64,000 bases of DNA. It comes from Lingula anatina. Its lineage: Eukaryota; Animalia; Brachiopoda. The notes beneath the pieces are model-generated. The model did not search any database. It was not told the DNA's origin and saw only the letters and a list, made by a program, of their open reading frames with translations. Below are positions 26,757-40,010 of this stretch, in pieces; position 1 is the first letter of the stretch; every line of letters starts with the position of its first letter. The stretch covers positions 11,280,587 to 11,344,586 of the forward strand of contig CM120648.1 of NCBI GenBank assembly GCA_051362555.1. Direction: 5' to 3'. Made by a program: the position numbers and the translations under genes.

Positions 26757-26827
26757 GCATCGGTGGTTCAGTGGTAGAATGCTCGCCTGCCACGCGGGCG
26801 GCCCGGGTTCGATTCCCGGCCGATGCA
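26757..26827 (+). tRNA. tRNA-Gly(GCC)
   Basis: Identical to copy at 12362. Confidence 0.97.
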
Positions 26828-27729
26828 ACTTAATTTGTACCACCGAAAACTATAGAGTAAGAAGAAATATAATGCATACGTGCACGGATGGCACAAAATT
26901 CCCTCTTAGATTATTTAATATCATTAGCGTGAGCTGACGATATAACGTATCAATATTGTGACGTCATAATAACACGTGTCACATGTCCTTACGTAATAAC
27001 GCCATAAGGGTGATAAGTCAAAAGCTTTAGACTTTCTGAAAAAACATTATCCACTCTCTTTCTCAACCAGCAGCCCTGACCAAAAGAATGCCTCATTTTT
27101 GATGCAATTGTTCTCATCAATAAAATAAACTTAAAATCCAGCACCTCGTCATTCCAAATTTTTGCATTATTCAAAGTTTTTGTTTGATCGGTATGTCCTT
27201 TCTAATTTTCAAAAGCACAGTTACAGGGAAGTTCACATTGTTTTTGATTGTCAAGAGGAATTTTTGAACCCAAAGAGCATTGAAAGACAAAAAAAGAGAC
27301 CATGGTGAAACACTGGGGCATTTACCTCATGTTGATGACACCACATCTCTGCCCTCAGATTGGCATAAATTTTTACGAAACCATCACAACCATAATGCCC
27401 TAGCACAAATACAAATAATCAAACAGAAAATGCGTAACACCGATCCCGTTTTTGATGTCTGGTTGTGCCCAAAATGGCAATATCCCGGTACGTTTAAAAA
27501 GGGTAAAGCAAGAAAAGCACATATCCAGAATAAATCCATTGACAAATTCCTTTGTGGACATCCATCTGTTTTTGTTTTAATAAATGCATCTGGCATATAT
27601 TCCCTTACATAGAATACTACTACCCTCGACCAGGGCCACAAATTTTAATCTAAATAATAAATAATAGAATTTTAAACCATTAAATTGTTTACTAAAATTT
27701 AATATTAACAGATCTGTCACCGATACATA

Positions 27730-27968
27730 CACACACTGGACAATAGAAGTGTCACCCCCTGCATCACAGTAACCAAAGTTATTAACCTGAAGAGGCGGAA
27801 TATAAGCAATATCAGAATATCGATACAGTTGAATTGTTCAGTAAGAACCGTTTCATTTGTGAAATTTGATGTTAATAAAATGATACCAGGGGCACATCAT
27901 TCCACAGTCATTTATCTCCCCCAAAGTATTGGTTCAGTAGGGGTGACACTTCTATTGTCCAGTGTGTG
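27730..27968. mobile_element. Tc1/mariner-type MITE
   Basis: Perfect 29-bp TIR CACACACTGGACAATAGAAGTGTCACCCC, TA on both sides; absent from sister array units. Confidence 0.85.
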
Positions 27969-28296
27969 TATATTCTCGCGTCAGAGAAAAGTGCATATAT
28001 GATTAATCTGCAGCCCTGGTAGAGGGTGCTCTGCTATCTCTGTGTCAGTAATTAACGTCGTCACGCACACTTGCTAGTAGCAGGAGAGAAGAGGGAAACA
28101 AAGTGTAGATTGCTACTTTTATAGAAATAGTTGGTCACTTAGTCGAAAAAGAAAACGTATCTAATGGTATGTTTGCTATATTGACCTACAACATCATTCT
28201 TTTCAGTGTAGGTTCGGGAAAAGGACGTTGGTAGTTGGATGAAGGGGGGAGGGGAAGGGGGGGACCAGTGGGGGAGGCCCCTGTAGGTAAAAGCAA

Positions 28297-28356
28297 GCAT
28301 CGGTGGTTCAGTGGTAGAATGCTCGCCTGCCACGCGGGCGGCCCGGGTTCGAATCC
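28297..28356 (+). pseudogene. Truncated tRNA-Gly(GCC)
   Basis: Matches to the T-loop (TTCGAATCC), then the 3' T-stem end and acceptor strand are deleted. Confidence 0.9.
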
Positions 28357-29082
28357 TTCTTTTTATACACCACCGAAAAATATATGTTACGGAAAAATAT
28401 GATATGGCCTACATTTGTGCACGTATGGCACAGAATTCCCTCTTAGATTATGAAATATCGCCGACCAAAAATACGTGTAAATGACGTTGCAATAAAAAAG
28501 GAAGAAACATTAGTTGAAGTAAATTGTATAATTTGAAGCATGCACAGCGATATCCTACCATCAGCGTGAGCTGACGACATAACGTACCAATATTGTGACG
28601 TCATAATAACATGTGTCGCATGTCCTTACGTAATAACGCCATCTCTACGCCTAGTTAGCAACGGCATATTTCAGTATATTTACAGTGTAAATAAAAATAA
28701 GAGCTGGATTTGTACTCGCCCATTTTGGTCTTTCTGATTTGATAACTTTGAGTAAAAAAAAAAAACCAGAGAATAGTACATGTAATTAAAATCTGCAGCA
28801 GGTCCTAGTAGAGGATGCTCTGCCATCTATGTGTCAGTAATTAACCTCGTCACACCTACATGCTAGAAGCAGGAGACACCTCTTAATATAAAGGTTAACA
28901 AGATGTGGATTGTTATTTGTATTGAAAGAGGTCAATCAATCCAAAAATGGAAACGTGTCTCGTGTTTTGTTTTATAAGTTAACCCGCCAACATTACGTTT
29001 AATTTTTATTTATTTTTTTTTTATTTTAGTGTAGGGGGCGTGGGAGCGCCAAGGGGGGTGGCGCATGATATAAGTCTAGGAA

Positions 29083-29153
29083 GCATCGGTGGTTCAGTGG
29101 TAGAATGCTCGCCTGCCACGCGGGCGGCCCGGGTTCGATTCCCGGCCGATGCA
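29083..29153 (+). tRNA. tRNA-Gly(GCC)
   Basis: Identical to copy at 12362. Confidence 0.97.
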
Positions 29154-30525
29154 ATTTCTTTTACATTACTCAGCACTATGCCAATTTAAAATGATAATAA
29201 TAATAAAATAGAAACAAGATAAAAAAAAGGCACTGACTTCTCAGTAAGATGGACCCTGTGGCAAACTCTAATTAGTCTCTTTATAAAGATTCAGAATATT
29301 ACACTTTAACCCAGGCTGATCGTTATAATTTTGAAAAGTTTTTAGCCAACTAAAGGTATTCGGACCACCAGTTTCCTAATATCTACCGGTCCGAATCAAG
29401 ATTCACGGGTCCGAATAAAATTTCAATATCCCGTATGCCCATATCGCTGTTATATTAGCGTTAACAAGACATTGATTTTGTAGAAAGTTTTTTTCTTATC
29501 TAATAAATAAATAAATAAATAAATAGATAAATCGAAAGCTCTTTTGAAAACTTTTAAAAAAACCCTGGTCATCTGATTCAAGCAAAAATCTGTCAGAATC
29601 AAAATCAAAACGGGACAAGTAATGACGACATAACGCACCATATTGTGACGTCATAATATTTTGTGTGACGTAACCTCACGTAATAACGCCATCGCTACAC
29701 CAAGTTTGCAACGGCATTTTTCAGGATACAGTGAAAATAGCACTGGATTAGTTTCGCTCATTTAGCAAAAAAGAAAAAAAAAACCCTGCAGAACCTTGCT
29801 CAATAAGGTAAAGTCAAATTTAAACAGCGTGGCTCGTAATAAATCCGTTCGAATTATACCTCAGAAAAAAAGGTTGATCTACAAACTAATAATTTATTTG
29901 TTTATAGCGAACTTGGCGTTGTACAAGGAGTTTAACCTTAGTTTCCCTGTATCTAGATACGCTATTCATTTCACTAGCAAGTTCCTTGAGTAGATTAGAA
30001 CATTTGGGGAATGGAAACTTCGGTCAAGTAAAGCACCCGTTCAACTTACAAAAATGTTTCATTAAAAACTTTCTTCTAGTCGGCATCCCCCAAATAATAC
30101 TATTACCTTCGACCAAGGCCACAGGTATTAATCTTAATAATAGATAATTGAATTTTAAACCATTAAATTGTTTACTAGATATTAAGAGATATGTCACCAG
30201 TAAATTCATGGCATTAATCGCGTTATAGAAAAAACATATAATTAATCTGCAGCCCTGGTAGAGGGTGCTCTGTTATCTCTGTGTCAGTAATTAACCTCGT
30301 CACGCACACTTGCTAGTAGCAGGAGACACGAGGTAAAACAAGAAATAGATTGTTACTCTTATAGAAAGAGTTGGTTACTTAGTCGAAAAAGGAAACGTAT
30401 CTCGTGCTTGATATGTTGACCTGCTAACATTACGTTTTTTATTTAATTTTAGTATAGGGAAAAGGACGTGGGGGGGGGGGGGGGAGGGGGGGCGGCATTT
30501 TCACAAATGTTGATTAGAGGGACAA

Positions 30526-30596
30526 GCATCGGTGGTTCAGTGGTAGAATGCTCGCCTGCCACGCGGGCGGCCCGGGTTCGATTCCCGGCCGATGCA
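30526..30596 (+). tRNA. tRNA-Gly(GCC)
   Basis: Identical to copy at 12362. Confidence 0.97.
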
Positions 30597-33500
30597 ACTT
30601 ATTTTACATGACTAATAAATATGTCTGTACAAAAATAAATAAATAAATAATAATAATAATAATAATAATAATAGATAAATAAAAAAATAATAAATAAATA
30701 AATAAATAAACTGCCTCTTGTTATTAATATTAAATTTTGGCAAATACGAGTGTCATAATTATACACATTCATCCAGTCTGTTCGTTTTAATTTTGAAAAG
30801 TTTTCAGCTTACTGGGTATTCGGACAACCAGCTTCCTAATCTCGACTGGTCCGATAATAAAAATTCAGTAAGACTGCATGGTCACTTTCCCATACCGCAA
30901 TTATAAACAAGACCTTGATTTTGATCTCATGTAGACCCTAACAATGACATTTCATAAAAAAATTAATTGAAAGCTTATAGAAATTAATGACCAAGTCGGC
31001 CCACAGAATTCTTATATTTTGAAAATTTTACTGATCCGAACAAAAGAAGACAGAATCTAGAATCTAACGTCGCAGACCGGTCATCTGGTTCAAGCAAGCA
31101 AAAATCTGTGTTTGAATCAAAATCATGCACAGCGAAACGGGACAACTAATGACGACATAACGTATCATATTGTGACGTCATAACATTTTGTGTGACATGT
31201 CCTCACGTAATAACGCCATCTCTACACCAAGTTAGCAACTGCATTTTACAGACTGTTTCAGGATACAGAGGATATAAAAGAAGCACTGGATTAGTATTCG
31301 CTCATTAAGCGAAAAAAAGCCACAGATACCTGCAGCAAACAAACTTGAAAAATAAGGTAAAGTTATATATAAACACTGTGCCTCGTAATAAATACGTTTG
31401 AATTATACTTCAGAAAAAAGGTCCATCTACAAATTATAGCCGAACTTGGTTTTGTGCAGGGAGTTTAATAACGTGTGTTTCTTTCTTTCTTTCCTTTTTT
31501 TTTGTAACATTTCCCGTAGTATTTTATTTGTAGGCCTATTGTCAATTACTTACTGATTCATTGCAAAGTAAGACCTATAATTTTTTTAGAATAAAAATGT
31601 GCACAGTGTTATGAAAAGAACACAACAATAAACGAAAATATCAAGTGTAAAACTTTGTTGAAAATTACAAGTGTAAAAAAATCTTAAATTTTTAGTTAAT
31701 TTGGTAGATATTTTCATAATAGTTGGCCTACTTGGGTAAATCGTCTCTTCTTAAATTTTAGACCCATAAAGTATTAATTCTAAATGATTAGTCTCTAGCA
31801 CTACTTAATTTTTTTTTTACTTGCGAAATTGAAGCGAAGAAACTTCACTGTTCAAAACACACTCTTGGTTGAGACGCCTCACAAAACACAATCGTGGTTG
31901 GCGCGGCTCATCAAACCTCGCGTTATTTTCGATGTTTTACGAGATTTAAAAGAAAGAAGGGAATGTCTCTGCTGCAGCGCGGGAAACATTGGTACTTTTG
32001 TAGTATACCCCCCGAAACATTGACGTTTACTCTTGAGTGTGGGGTAAGACTTACTGTAGGTCTATCACGTGTAAAAGGTGCAAAGTGCAGTACATTTATT
32101 ACAGCAATGTGCGTTAAGTGAATGGTTACTTGTGCATATACAAGTCAATACGACACTGGACTTTGCCAATATTGAACAGGAATGACTTTTTATGCAAACG
32201 TGGCCCACAGAAGTCCAAGCTTCAGTTTTGTAGTCTGAAGGGACGTAGCTGCACTGTAGGCCTACTTCTGGTTTGTGATGACACACTACACGAGGTATTT
32301 TCAGGTGGTTTTGTGCAAGTTTAGAACAATATCTTTAAATTCATTGTTTGCGCACTCGCGTGCCTTTCGATGGCGGATTTATTGGGGGGGGGGCATGGGG
32401 TCCTGACTCCCCTTCAATTTCTGAAAAAAAATATCAACAGTGGTCCCCGTTTGAAAATAAAATTTTGAATAGCTGAATCATAGTTCCAAACCATATACCA
32501 AATGGCACCATTCGCCCTCTTAAATACAGAAATTATTTGTTTGGACAGGTTGCAATATAGACTGATGGGAAATTCTTGAGGAGCATAATTTTTTATGATT
32601 TGATCCTAAAGACAAGTCTGATGACAGTACATTTAAAATACCAGGGCAATAAGTCCTGGCTTACTAGTACTTGTGTTCTGGAATAAATAGCTGTTAACTG
32701 TTCAGTATGCCACTCAGGTGTAACACCTGAATATACTCACTCATGTGACTCTGGGTCACATTCATCTCCACTCAGACCACAGGTACTCAGACCACACTCA
32801 GACCAGACTCAGACCAGGCAGTGTCACTCTATTTCTCTTTTGCCTAAGACTCCACAATTACGTAAGTTTTACTTTAATTCCTAGTATTTAATGTATTTGT
32901 TTTATTTGTAAGGTATTTTGTAAGGTATTTTGTACTTTTTTTGTTTTAGTGACCAGCAATACTACCAGCAGTACAACAGTAAAATATGGTGATGGGCAAC
33001 TATATAAAATGAAGACACAAGACCAAGCTGCATTCAATTAAATCTAAGAACTTTGTTTGCTGTTTGTCAATGAAATCTGCCGAGAGAAAGTCCATCACAC
33101 ATTGATACTAGTAAGTTTTTCCTTGAACAAGCTTTTACTAACTTCGTTAATTGTGATGTTCTGGTATTTATATCTACTAGTATGTTGTTTACACTAATAA
33201 AGCAAATGAGTAGACTCCACTGGAACTAACTTTATTGTTTTGAACTCAAATAGAATATCTACACTGTTTAACAAATGACAGAAGATTGAGAACTGCTTAA
33301 AATTTTCCCATTATGTCTTGCCGTTTACTCCCTTGTTTTGGCTAATTTTGGGAAAATTTAAGATTAGCAGTTCATTTTGTAAATGAGGCTTAACTGCAAA
33401 GAGATGTGTGGATGTGGGACCTGCCATTTAAATAAAAGACTACCAATTTTTTTGTTCTATTTTATGAAAAACAGTATAACTTAAACAGTATAACTTAATA

Positions 33501-34554
33501 ATTATATACATGTATAAAATTAACTTTGATTTTTAAATACTGTAACATTAAAAAAATAGTTTTTAACTTCATAGTGAAGACAGTTTCATATCTCAATTGA
33601 AATCCCGATTTGACCTTTAGTCAGTACTGGTTTGTCTTTGTCTTTATGTCTACCAAATGTGAAATAGAGATTTCCCACATTACTTGATCTGATGATTTTA
33701 CGATATTGTCTATGATTGTACCTGTAGTATCCAGTTAATGCCTAATGTATTTTGGTGAAAGTCTGTTTAGGGTTTAAAAACTAGTGTTGCTTTCTTCAAT
33801 TCTACACTTTCATAAATCAGATAATTGTTATCCAGTCCAGTTTTTTAAATGTCCACTTGGATGGTTCTTGACTTCCATTTCTTGAACGATTCTTGCACCA
33901 CCCTTTTTGTAGTCTGTGTATGTCTTCTTGTTTTGCTCAGCTACCTCATATTATGGAGCAGTACTAGTGCTCCAAATGAGATAGCATTACTTGAAGTACA
34001 TAATGCAAGAGGGTAAGAGTGATCATGCTGTTTTAAAGTATTATGTAATAGTACATCAAAATTGGCCAAAACGTTATTTGGCACACTCTTTCCTACGTCT
34101 GTATGTCTGAACATTTGTCAGCTTTGCTGCCTTATTTTCTGTGTGGTGTCTGTATATTTGTAAGCTTTGCTGCGTAGTTTAAAATAATAAGAATTCTTGA
34201 TTATTTCATACACTTTACTCTTAGAACCTTCTTTGTATACAAGACTTGAGATTTCAAAAAGAAACTTTTCCCTGTCATACTTTTGAAGTGACTGTCAAGG
34301 TCCTTTTCAGTAACACAGGCATTAGGTAAAAGACAGTTCAATCTATGAATATGTAATTTAATCTCATAAAACATTTTTTGCACAAGTTAGTATGCAGAGA
34401 TTTCAAGGTAGGCATATCAAATAAACATGATCACAAAAGTGCAGGAATGGATGGCTACCAAATAAATTTTTGGTTTACCTTGATACCACAAAATGCTCTT
34501 AAAAATAGTAAGTTAATTTAGTACCTGAAAGGATGATATAGCATCAACCAGTAA

Positions 34555-34765
34555 AGCCCCCTTTACACTGGACGGCGTCCTTTCTGCGTCCAGCAGTACG
34601 GTCCTATTTGAGAGTTAAAAGATTATAATACTTAAGTGCCGACAACTGGCCGATCATTGAGCATTCATTCTGATACAAAATCAATGCTCATGCCTCCTTA
34701 TTACGACCGCAGCGATGTCAAATTTCATGGTCGCAGAACGGACGCCGTCCAGTGTAAAGGGGGTA
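34555..34765. mobile_element. PIF/Harbinger-type MITE
   Basis: ~30-bp TIR CCCCCTTTACACTGGACGGCGTCC.TTCTGCG; TAA at 34552-34554 and 34766-34768. Confidence 0.75.
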
Positions 34766-34769
34766 TAAG

Positions 34770-34900
34770 CTGGAACATCTGTCACAGATGCCTCCTTTCT
34801 GACCTTGGTCCAGGCTTCTAGGGAAAATAACACTGCAGATATGTTGCTACATGCTTCATCTAGTCCAGCCATGCATGTGCAGTGTGCTCTTGACTTCCCA
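34770..34900 (-). pseudogene. SWIM zinc-finger remnant, probably from a DNA transposon accessory ORF
   Basis: AHCTCMAGLDEACSNISAVLF matches CxC...CxH SWIM pattern with H lost; cut by the MITE. Confidence 0.6.
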
Positions 34901-35112
34901 TGAACTGGAGGTGATAGCCCACGGCACGGGTGGAGTGATTGGCCATCGATTCTTTGTGCACAATGTCCTTTATCCACCCATCCTAGAATAAACAGTTGGC
35001 CTCTAGGGCTTTGTAGCTCCTCACTTCATCTGTTTTAAAGTACAACTTCTGGGAAATGAGAAAGAAAAAAAAACACTATTTACATGCTGCCAAAATTTCT
35101 TGTCCTTGGCAA

Positions 35113-35210
35113 ATTCCTTCTGATTCCTGAACAGATTCCTTCTTAATCCTGAACAGATTCCTTCTGAATCCTGAACAGATTCCTTCTGAATCCTGAACAG
35201 ATTCCTTCTG
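35113..35210 (+). repeat. 22-bp minisatellite (~4.5 copies)
   Basis: ATTCCTTCTGAATCCTGAACAG repeated. Confidence 0.9.
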
Positions 35211-36783
35211 ATGTCACAGATTTTCTTTTTCACACCTCCATCTAACATCTCCCTACAAGGACTCTGTAAAAAATAGTCAACTACAAATTCAACAAAAAAA
35301 TAAAAAATAATAAAAAATAAAATAAAATAGAATAAATAAATAAAAAATTAAATTAAAAAAAAAAATTGGTGGCGCTTTAACTCATGCTGGCAGGTATATA
35401 CACAAACTGATGATGTGAAATGACTCCAAGAAAAAAAAGAAATACCAGAACTTGCGAACAAGAAATAACCATATTTATAAGTATACAACACAATCTGAAA
35501 TATATTCATTCCGTTAGCTTACAGCCAACCTGGACTTAGGCCTTTGTCTGATGTGAGTAGATGTTGGTACTCGCTGACCGCTGGGTGGTGTATCCACCTA
35601 CTAAGCTAGGGAACATTTTTATTCAAGAAAAACCTGTGATAGTTCAAGGGCCTGTATACTACTCTACATGGTCGTAGCCTGATTTTATACTTAAACTTGG
35701 CGTGACAGACGCTTTTCTTTACTGTGAATATGCTACAATTATAGAAGATAAGATAAAGGAAAAGTCTATTATTGTTAGATAAGAGATATCTTACTTCTGT
35801 TGAAACATTACGAGTCATGTGCCCAAGCCCACAACTCTGATCGAATCAATTTTCATTTTTATTAATATTAAACTTTACTGGTCTGAACACGCCTTCATTT
35901 TTCACAAAAAAAAAAAAAAAAAAAAAATTAATGAAATATAATTTTTTTTCGTTAATGTATACATGTAGCTTAAAAAAGTGGTAACATAAATCTACTACGC
36001 ATTTATATTTATCATTAATATATTAAACTCATATTTACACTACATTCTAAATGCACAAAAGCATCGGAACTCTATGTAAAATCGGGTACCCAATGCTCTC
36101 AGGACATGGGGGAAAAATCCATCCATTCGTGGGGAATCCCGAGAAAGTGCCCACGCCTGGATACTATAGTCTATGTTCATCAGACAGTCACAGTTTATAT
36201 ACAGTGGTCATTGCCATACGTTGGATTAATAATGAGAGTTCATTTTCAATGGTTGTTACCATACGTTATATTAAGAATGAGAGTATATATATATTTTTTT
36301 ATCTGTCATTCAGAATGGGTAATGTTTTCGTGGCTAGTAGCTCGTCGGAACACAAATGGAGGAACGTCTTCATGGGGGATCTGCAGTGGGCGTCTACGCT
36401 GATGGACTTCAGTAGGCTCGGTTGCGGCGGCTGTGGTTTAAGGTCTCTGGTTCTCCGTCGGCTTCAGCGTGCGTGCTCGTCAGTAGTGTCCTGGTCCTTG
36501 GTTATCTGGAAAATACAAAAGAACATACACTCCCCACACTGGGAAATTATCCCTGAAAAATCTATGCAATTATATAAATACATTTTAATACATGGATACA
36601 AAATAATAAAAGATTCGAACAAAGTCTGTTCCACTTTCTAGGCTTGATTAGGTGCCGAGTCTCTGCTCACACTGTGGGGAATCGCACACTAGCAACGTGA
36701 CAGCCTTCAGGTAAGCGCTAAAATAATAATAATCATAATAATAATAATGATTTGGACATGGGTTATCAAGCTCACCATGTAAA

Positions 36784-37130
36784 TTATTTGATGTCGTCGT
36801 ACATCAGCATCCCATTTCTCTGTGGGGTGTATAGCGCTTGAAGTGGGGTGGGTCCAGAGCTTGCAGTTTTGTTTTTCTTATGGACAAATTGAATTTCATT
36901 AGTTGCTGAGTCCACGATCAGTGTTGTGGATTCTGGTCCTGTTTCTAAGGCAATGGTTCTCGGCTTCAACTTCCCCTGAAATTTCTTTAAACATTTTGTT
37001 AACCACCAGTTTTAGAGCATTGTTTTTGCAGATCGTATTGGTTAGATTTAAGCCTTTGGAGAAATTTAGTTGAATGGGGTGGATTTCGAGGTACAACATG
37101 CACCAGAATCAATCGAGGCCCTACAGGTAG
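36784..37130 (-). mobile_element. Degenerate LTR-retrotransposon pol remnant (protease-like and integrase-like motifs)
   Basis: IDSGA at ~37113-37099; FSK..MFKEI..PRTI...GPE and YTPQRNG resemble integrase core; heavily frameshifted. Confidence 0.4.
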
Positions 37131-37830
37131 GCCAATAAGACCGTTCACAGTAGGTCACTGTCAGTGCGACCGTGACTCCTGATAACCCCCGCGTGGATAA
37201 TAACAGGCAAATAGCGACAGTTTTAAGCTGTTATCAATTGTAACCATCTCGGACTCCCCGCTGTCTACATCGTGTCCCGTCAAGCAGTCTGTGCAATCAT
37301 ACGCCCCGCTAGTTCCAAGCATTGTTCTGGTGTAGAACGGCACGTGCCCTTTGTTAAGACATGGAAGACTAAATGTTGGGTTTAACCATGGTTCAAGCAC
37401 TGACGATATTTCTGTTTATTCACCGCATTCCAAACTTCGTAGACATTTTCAAAAATAGAATTTTGTAATTGAATGAAACATAATTAATTTACAGATGTTG
37501 CCCTTTCATCTTAATTTTGGCTTACTTAGGTGAAACGATAAGAGTCACGATAACATGCTCAAGCCAATTGAAAAAGTGAAGTATGAATATGGCAGAATTA
37601 TGTGGTGATTGTCTTTTTCAATGAAGTGAAATGTGACCTATATATAATGAAACAAATTATTGCAGTCAATGAATAGTCGGTTTATTCACAATTAACACGG
37701 AACGTCCATACTAGTACAGTAAACTACAACAATTTTATAAAAAATAAATTTTAAAAATGGCAAATTAATAAAATGGCTCTTACGAACAGTCATTTAATTG
37801 AAAAAGTGCATTCTCCTGATAATCATTAAT

Positions 37831-39230
37831 CTAATATCCGGATGCACGGCCTTCCCTTTTCAACACCTCCGGAATAACTTTGTTTATATGGTTTATGTAC
37901 TTTATACATTCCTCAGTTGTGACTGTCTTCCAGAATTCCTGCATCCCACTTATAAGTTCATCTTTTGTTTTTGGCTTAGTGTATTTCCTTAAGTGGTGTT
38001 TCATCGTAGACCAGATGTTTTCTATGGGATTTAAGTCTGGACTCTCGGGGGGAGTTTGAAACCAGTTTATTGCATTTTCCTTAAGAAATCCTTTAGTTTT
38101 CCTGCTTATGTGCTGGGGGGCATTGTCCTGTTGGAATCTATGATGATTCGGCATCGACGTCTTAATGAAGGTGATGAGGTAATCATTAAGTATCTGGATG
38201 TACGAGTCCGAATTCATGAGGCCGCTGAATATGGCTATTTTCGTTGCACCCCTTTTAGATATACCTGAAGTAAAATAAAAATTCATACATTAGAAGTTAT
38301 TATACCGCTGAATATAGCATACTTTACAGCGCTGTTTTTCGATATAACTGAAAAAGAAAAATATGGAGTAATTATGCTAGTGCTTATGGTGGTGTCTGTG
38401 ATTCGTGACACCTATTTCGGGAGACTTAAAAAAACTGCTTGTGTCACCTTATTTGGAGGAATCTATTTAAATAATCAAAGGCCATGGAAGTATTGATGTT
38501 TGCTTTTCTTTAGACAGATCTAAAATAGACACTGAGGGAAATTTAGCGACAAATTCTACATTTTAATTAAAACTGTATTTATCTTTTACAATACATAATA
38601 AGATGTAATATACATTAATTGTGCTACTCACCGGCCCATACATGCACTTTGTAAGGGTGCTTAACTTTCGCTTGCAGTGGTGGTGGCTCACTTATATCGT
38701 TGCCTTCGCTGTCGTAGACGACTTTCCGGAATACAAAACGTCCGTGGCTGTCCATTTGTACTGTTCATTCGTCTTAAAGGGAAAAAATAATTAAATAAAT
38801 TACTGGATACTGGAATATGTTTGAATTTGAGATGTGTGCACTTTTGCAACTAACGCTCTACAGCTGTTATGTATTTCAAATGCAAGGAAAAATGTCTTCA
38901 TATTCAAACAGCTGATTGTTTTTGCCTTAAAGTAAGTTTTGCACGTATTAGAAGAAAATCCAATAGTTTTACAAAATATCTTTATAAATATTAACCTGTT
39001 AAATGCGACAAATGACACATAAAGGTCGAATAAGTAAAATCTATGAAAGCCGTACCAGTCCATATCACATCTTCAAATTTGTCTTCTACAACCAATGCCT
39101 CTTTACACCATTGGACCCTCTTTGGTCTGTTCACAAGTTTCACAAGTTGACAATACCCCTTCCTACTTCGTATCCATCCCAACTTCCTGCGCATTCTCTT
39201 CACTGATGCCAAACTGACTTCGTACTCCAC
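37831..39230 (-). mobile_element. Intron-containing Tc1-like DD34E transposase pseudogene
   Basis: Exons 39230-39056, 38772-38632, 38264-37831 join in frame: IWTDE, KHPYKVHVWAGIS, FQQDNAPQH, SPDLNPIENIW (34 aa between D and E); in-frame TGA after DE; N-terminus missing. Confidence 0.85.
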
Positions 39231-39287
39231 TAAGTGCTAAAACTACAGCTAATCTACTAATTGAAAGTGCGTCCGTACCTGCCACAT

Positions 39288-40010
39288 CTAGTTTAAATGT
39301 TTCTTATTTTTCAAAGTCGTCAGCTGCGGGCATTCTCTCTTTGCCATATTTTGTTACAGTTGTAACAGATCACTGTACCGTCATTTGTCCACCCTGAATT
39401 TCTTTTCGTAAAAGGCCGTGAGTTGTCATATTGGCGTTGTTGGTTTTTGTACCTAGGTTGGTTGTGTGGCCGTGGGGAGAGAGTATCATACGCTCGCGTT
39501 TCTATTTTAGCCATTCTGGTTTGTAATTTTTCTAGACAGTTTGCTGTTTTATGCATTTGTTCAAGTAAGAGCTTATTTGTGTCTACTGCTGAGATGTCCA
39601 TGGGTTCTTCATGTCTTTCTACTTGTTGCATTTGTGTTTTATGTGCTAGCATGTTTGTTTGTGGAAAAACTGCTTGTTGCTGTTGCGGTTGTTGTTATTG
39701 GTGTCCCACGATTTGACGGTTCATTTCTTTACCGGAATCTTCATGTACGGCCCAGTTCTGGGCTTCCACTAGCGCTCTCGGACGACCCCTAACGAGGAGG
39801 TCTTCTGCTAGCATCTTATCTAAATGAACTCTGATGTACGCTTGTAGAATTGTTCATTCTGCTTCTTCGTTACGCGGAACAGGGTAGGCCCTGTTACTGG
39901 CTTCTAAAAGTCGTTGTGCTCTCAAGACCCGACTGCGTGATAATTTCTAATTCTGATTTTAATTTCTCCAGTTCATGTGGAGAAAGAAAAGACCTTTGGA
40001 TGTGTTCTAT
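39288..40010 (-). mobile_element. Gypsy-type gag remnant
   Basis: Helical gag-like stretch, EEPMDIS motif, partial zinc knuckle ICYNCNK, ending ...HLN* on TTTAAAC (39297-39291). Confidence 0.7.

Noticed and set aside
33370-33425. Possible CXC-like Cys motif (CKEMCGCG)
   Set aside because: Too short and broken to assign
36051-36641. 196-aa plus-strand ORF
   Set aside because: No recognisable motif; lies antisense to retroelement debris
36784-37130. Gmr1-like protease-integrase domain order
   Set aside because: Motifs are too close to be intact domains; deletions make order uninformative
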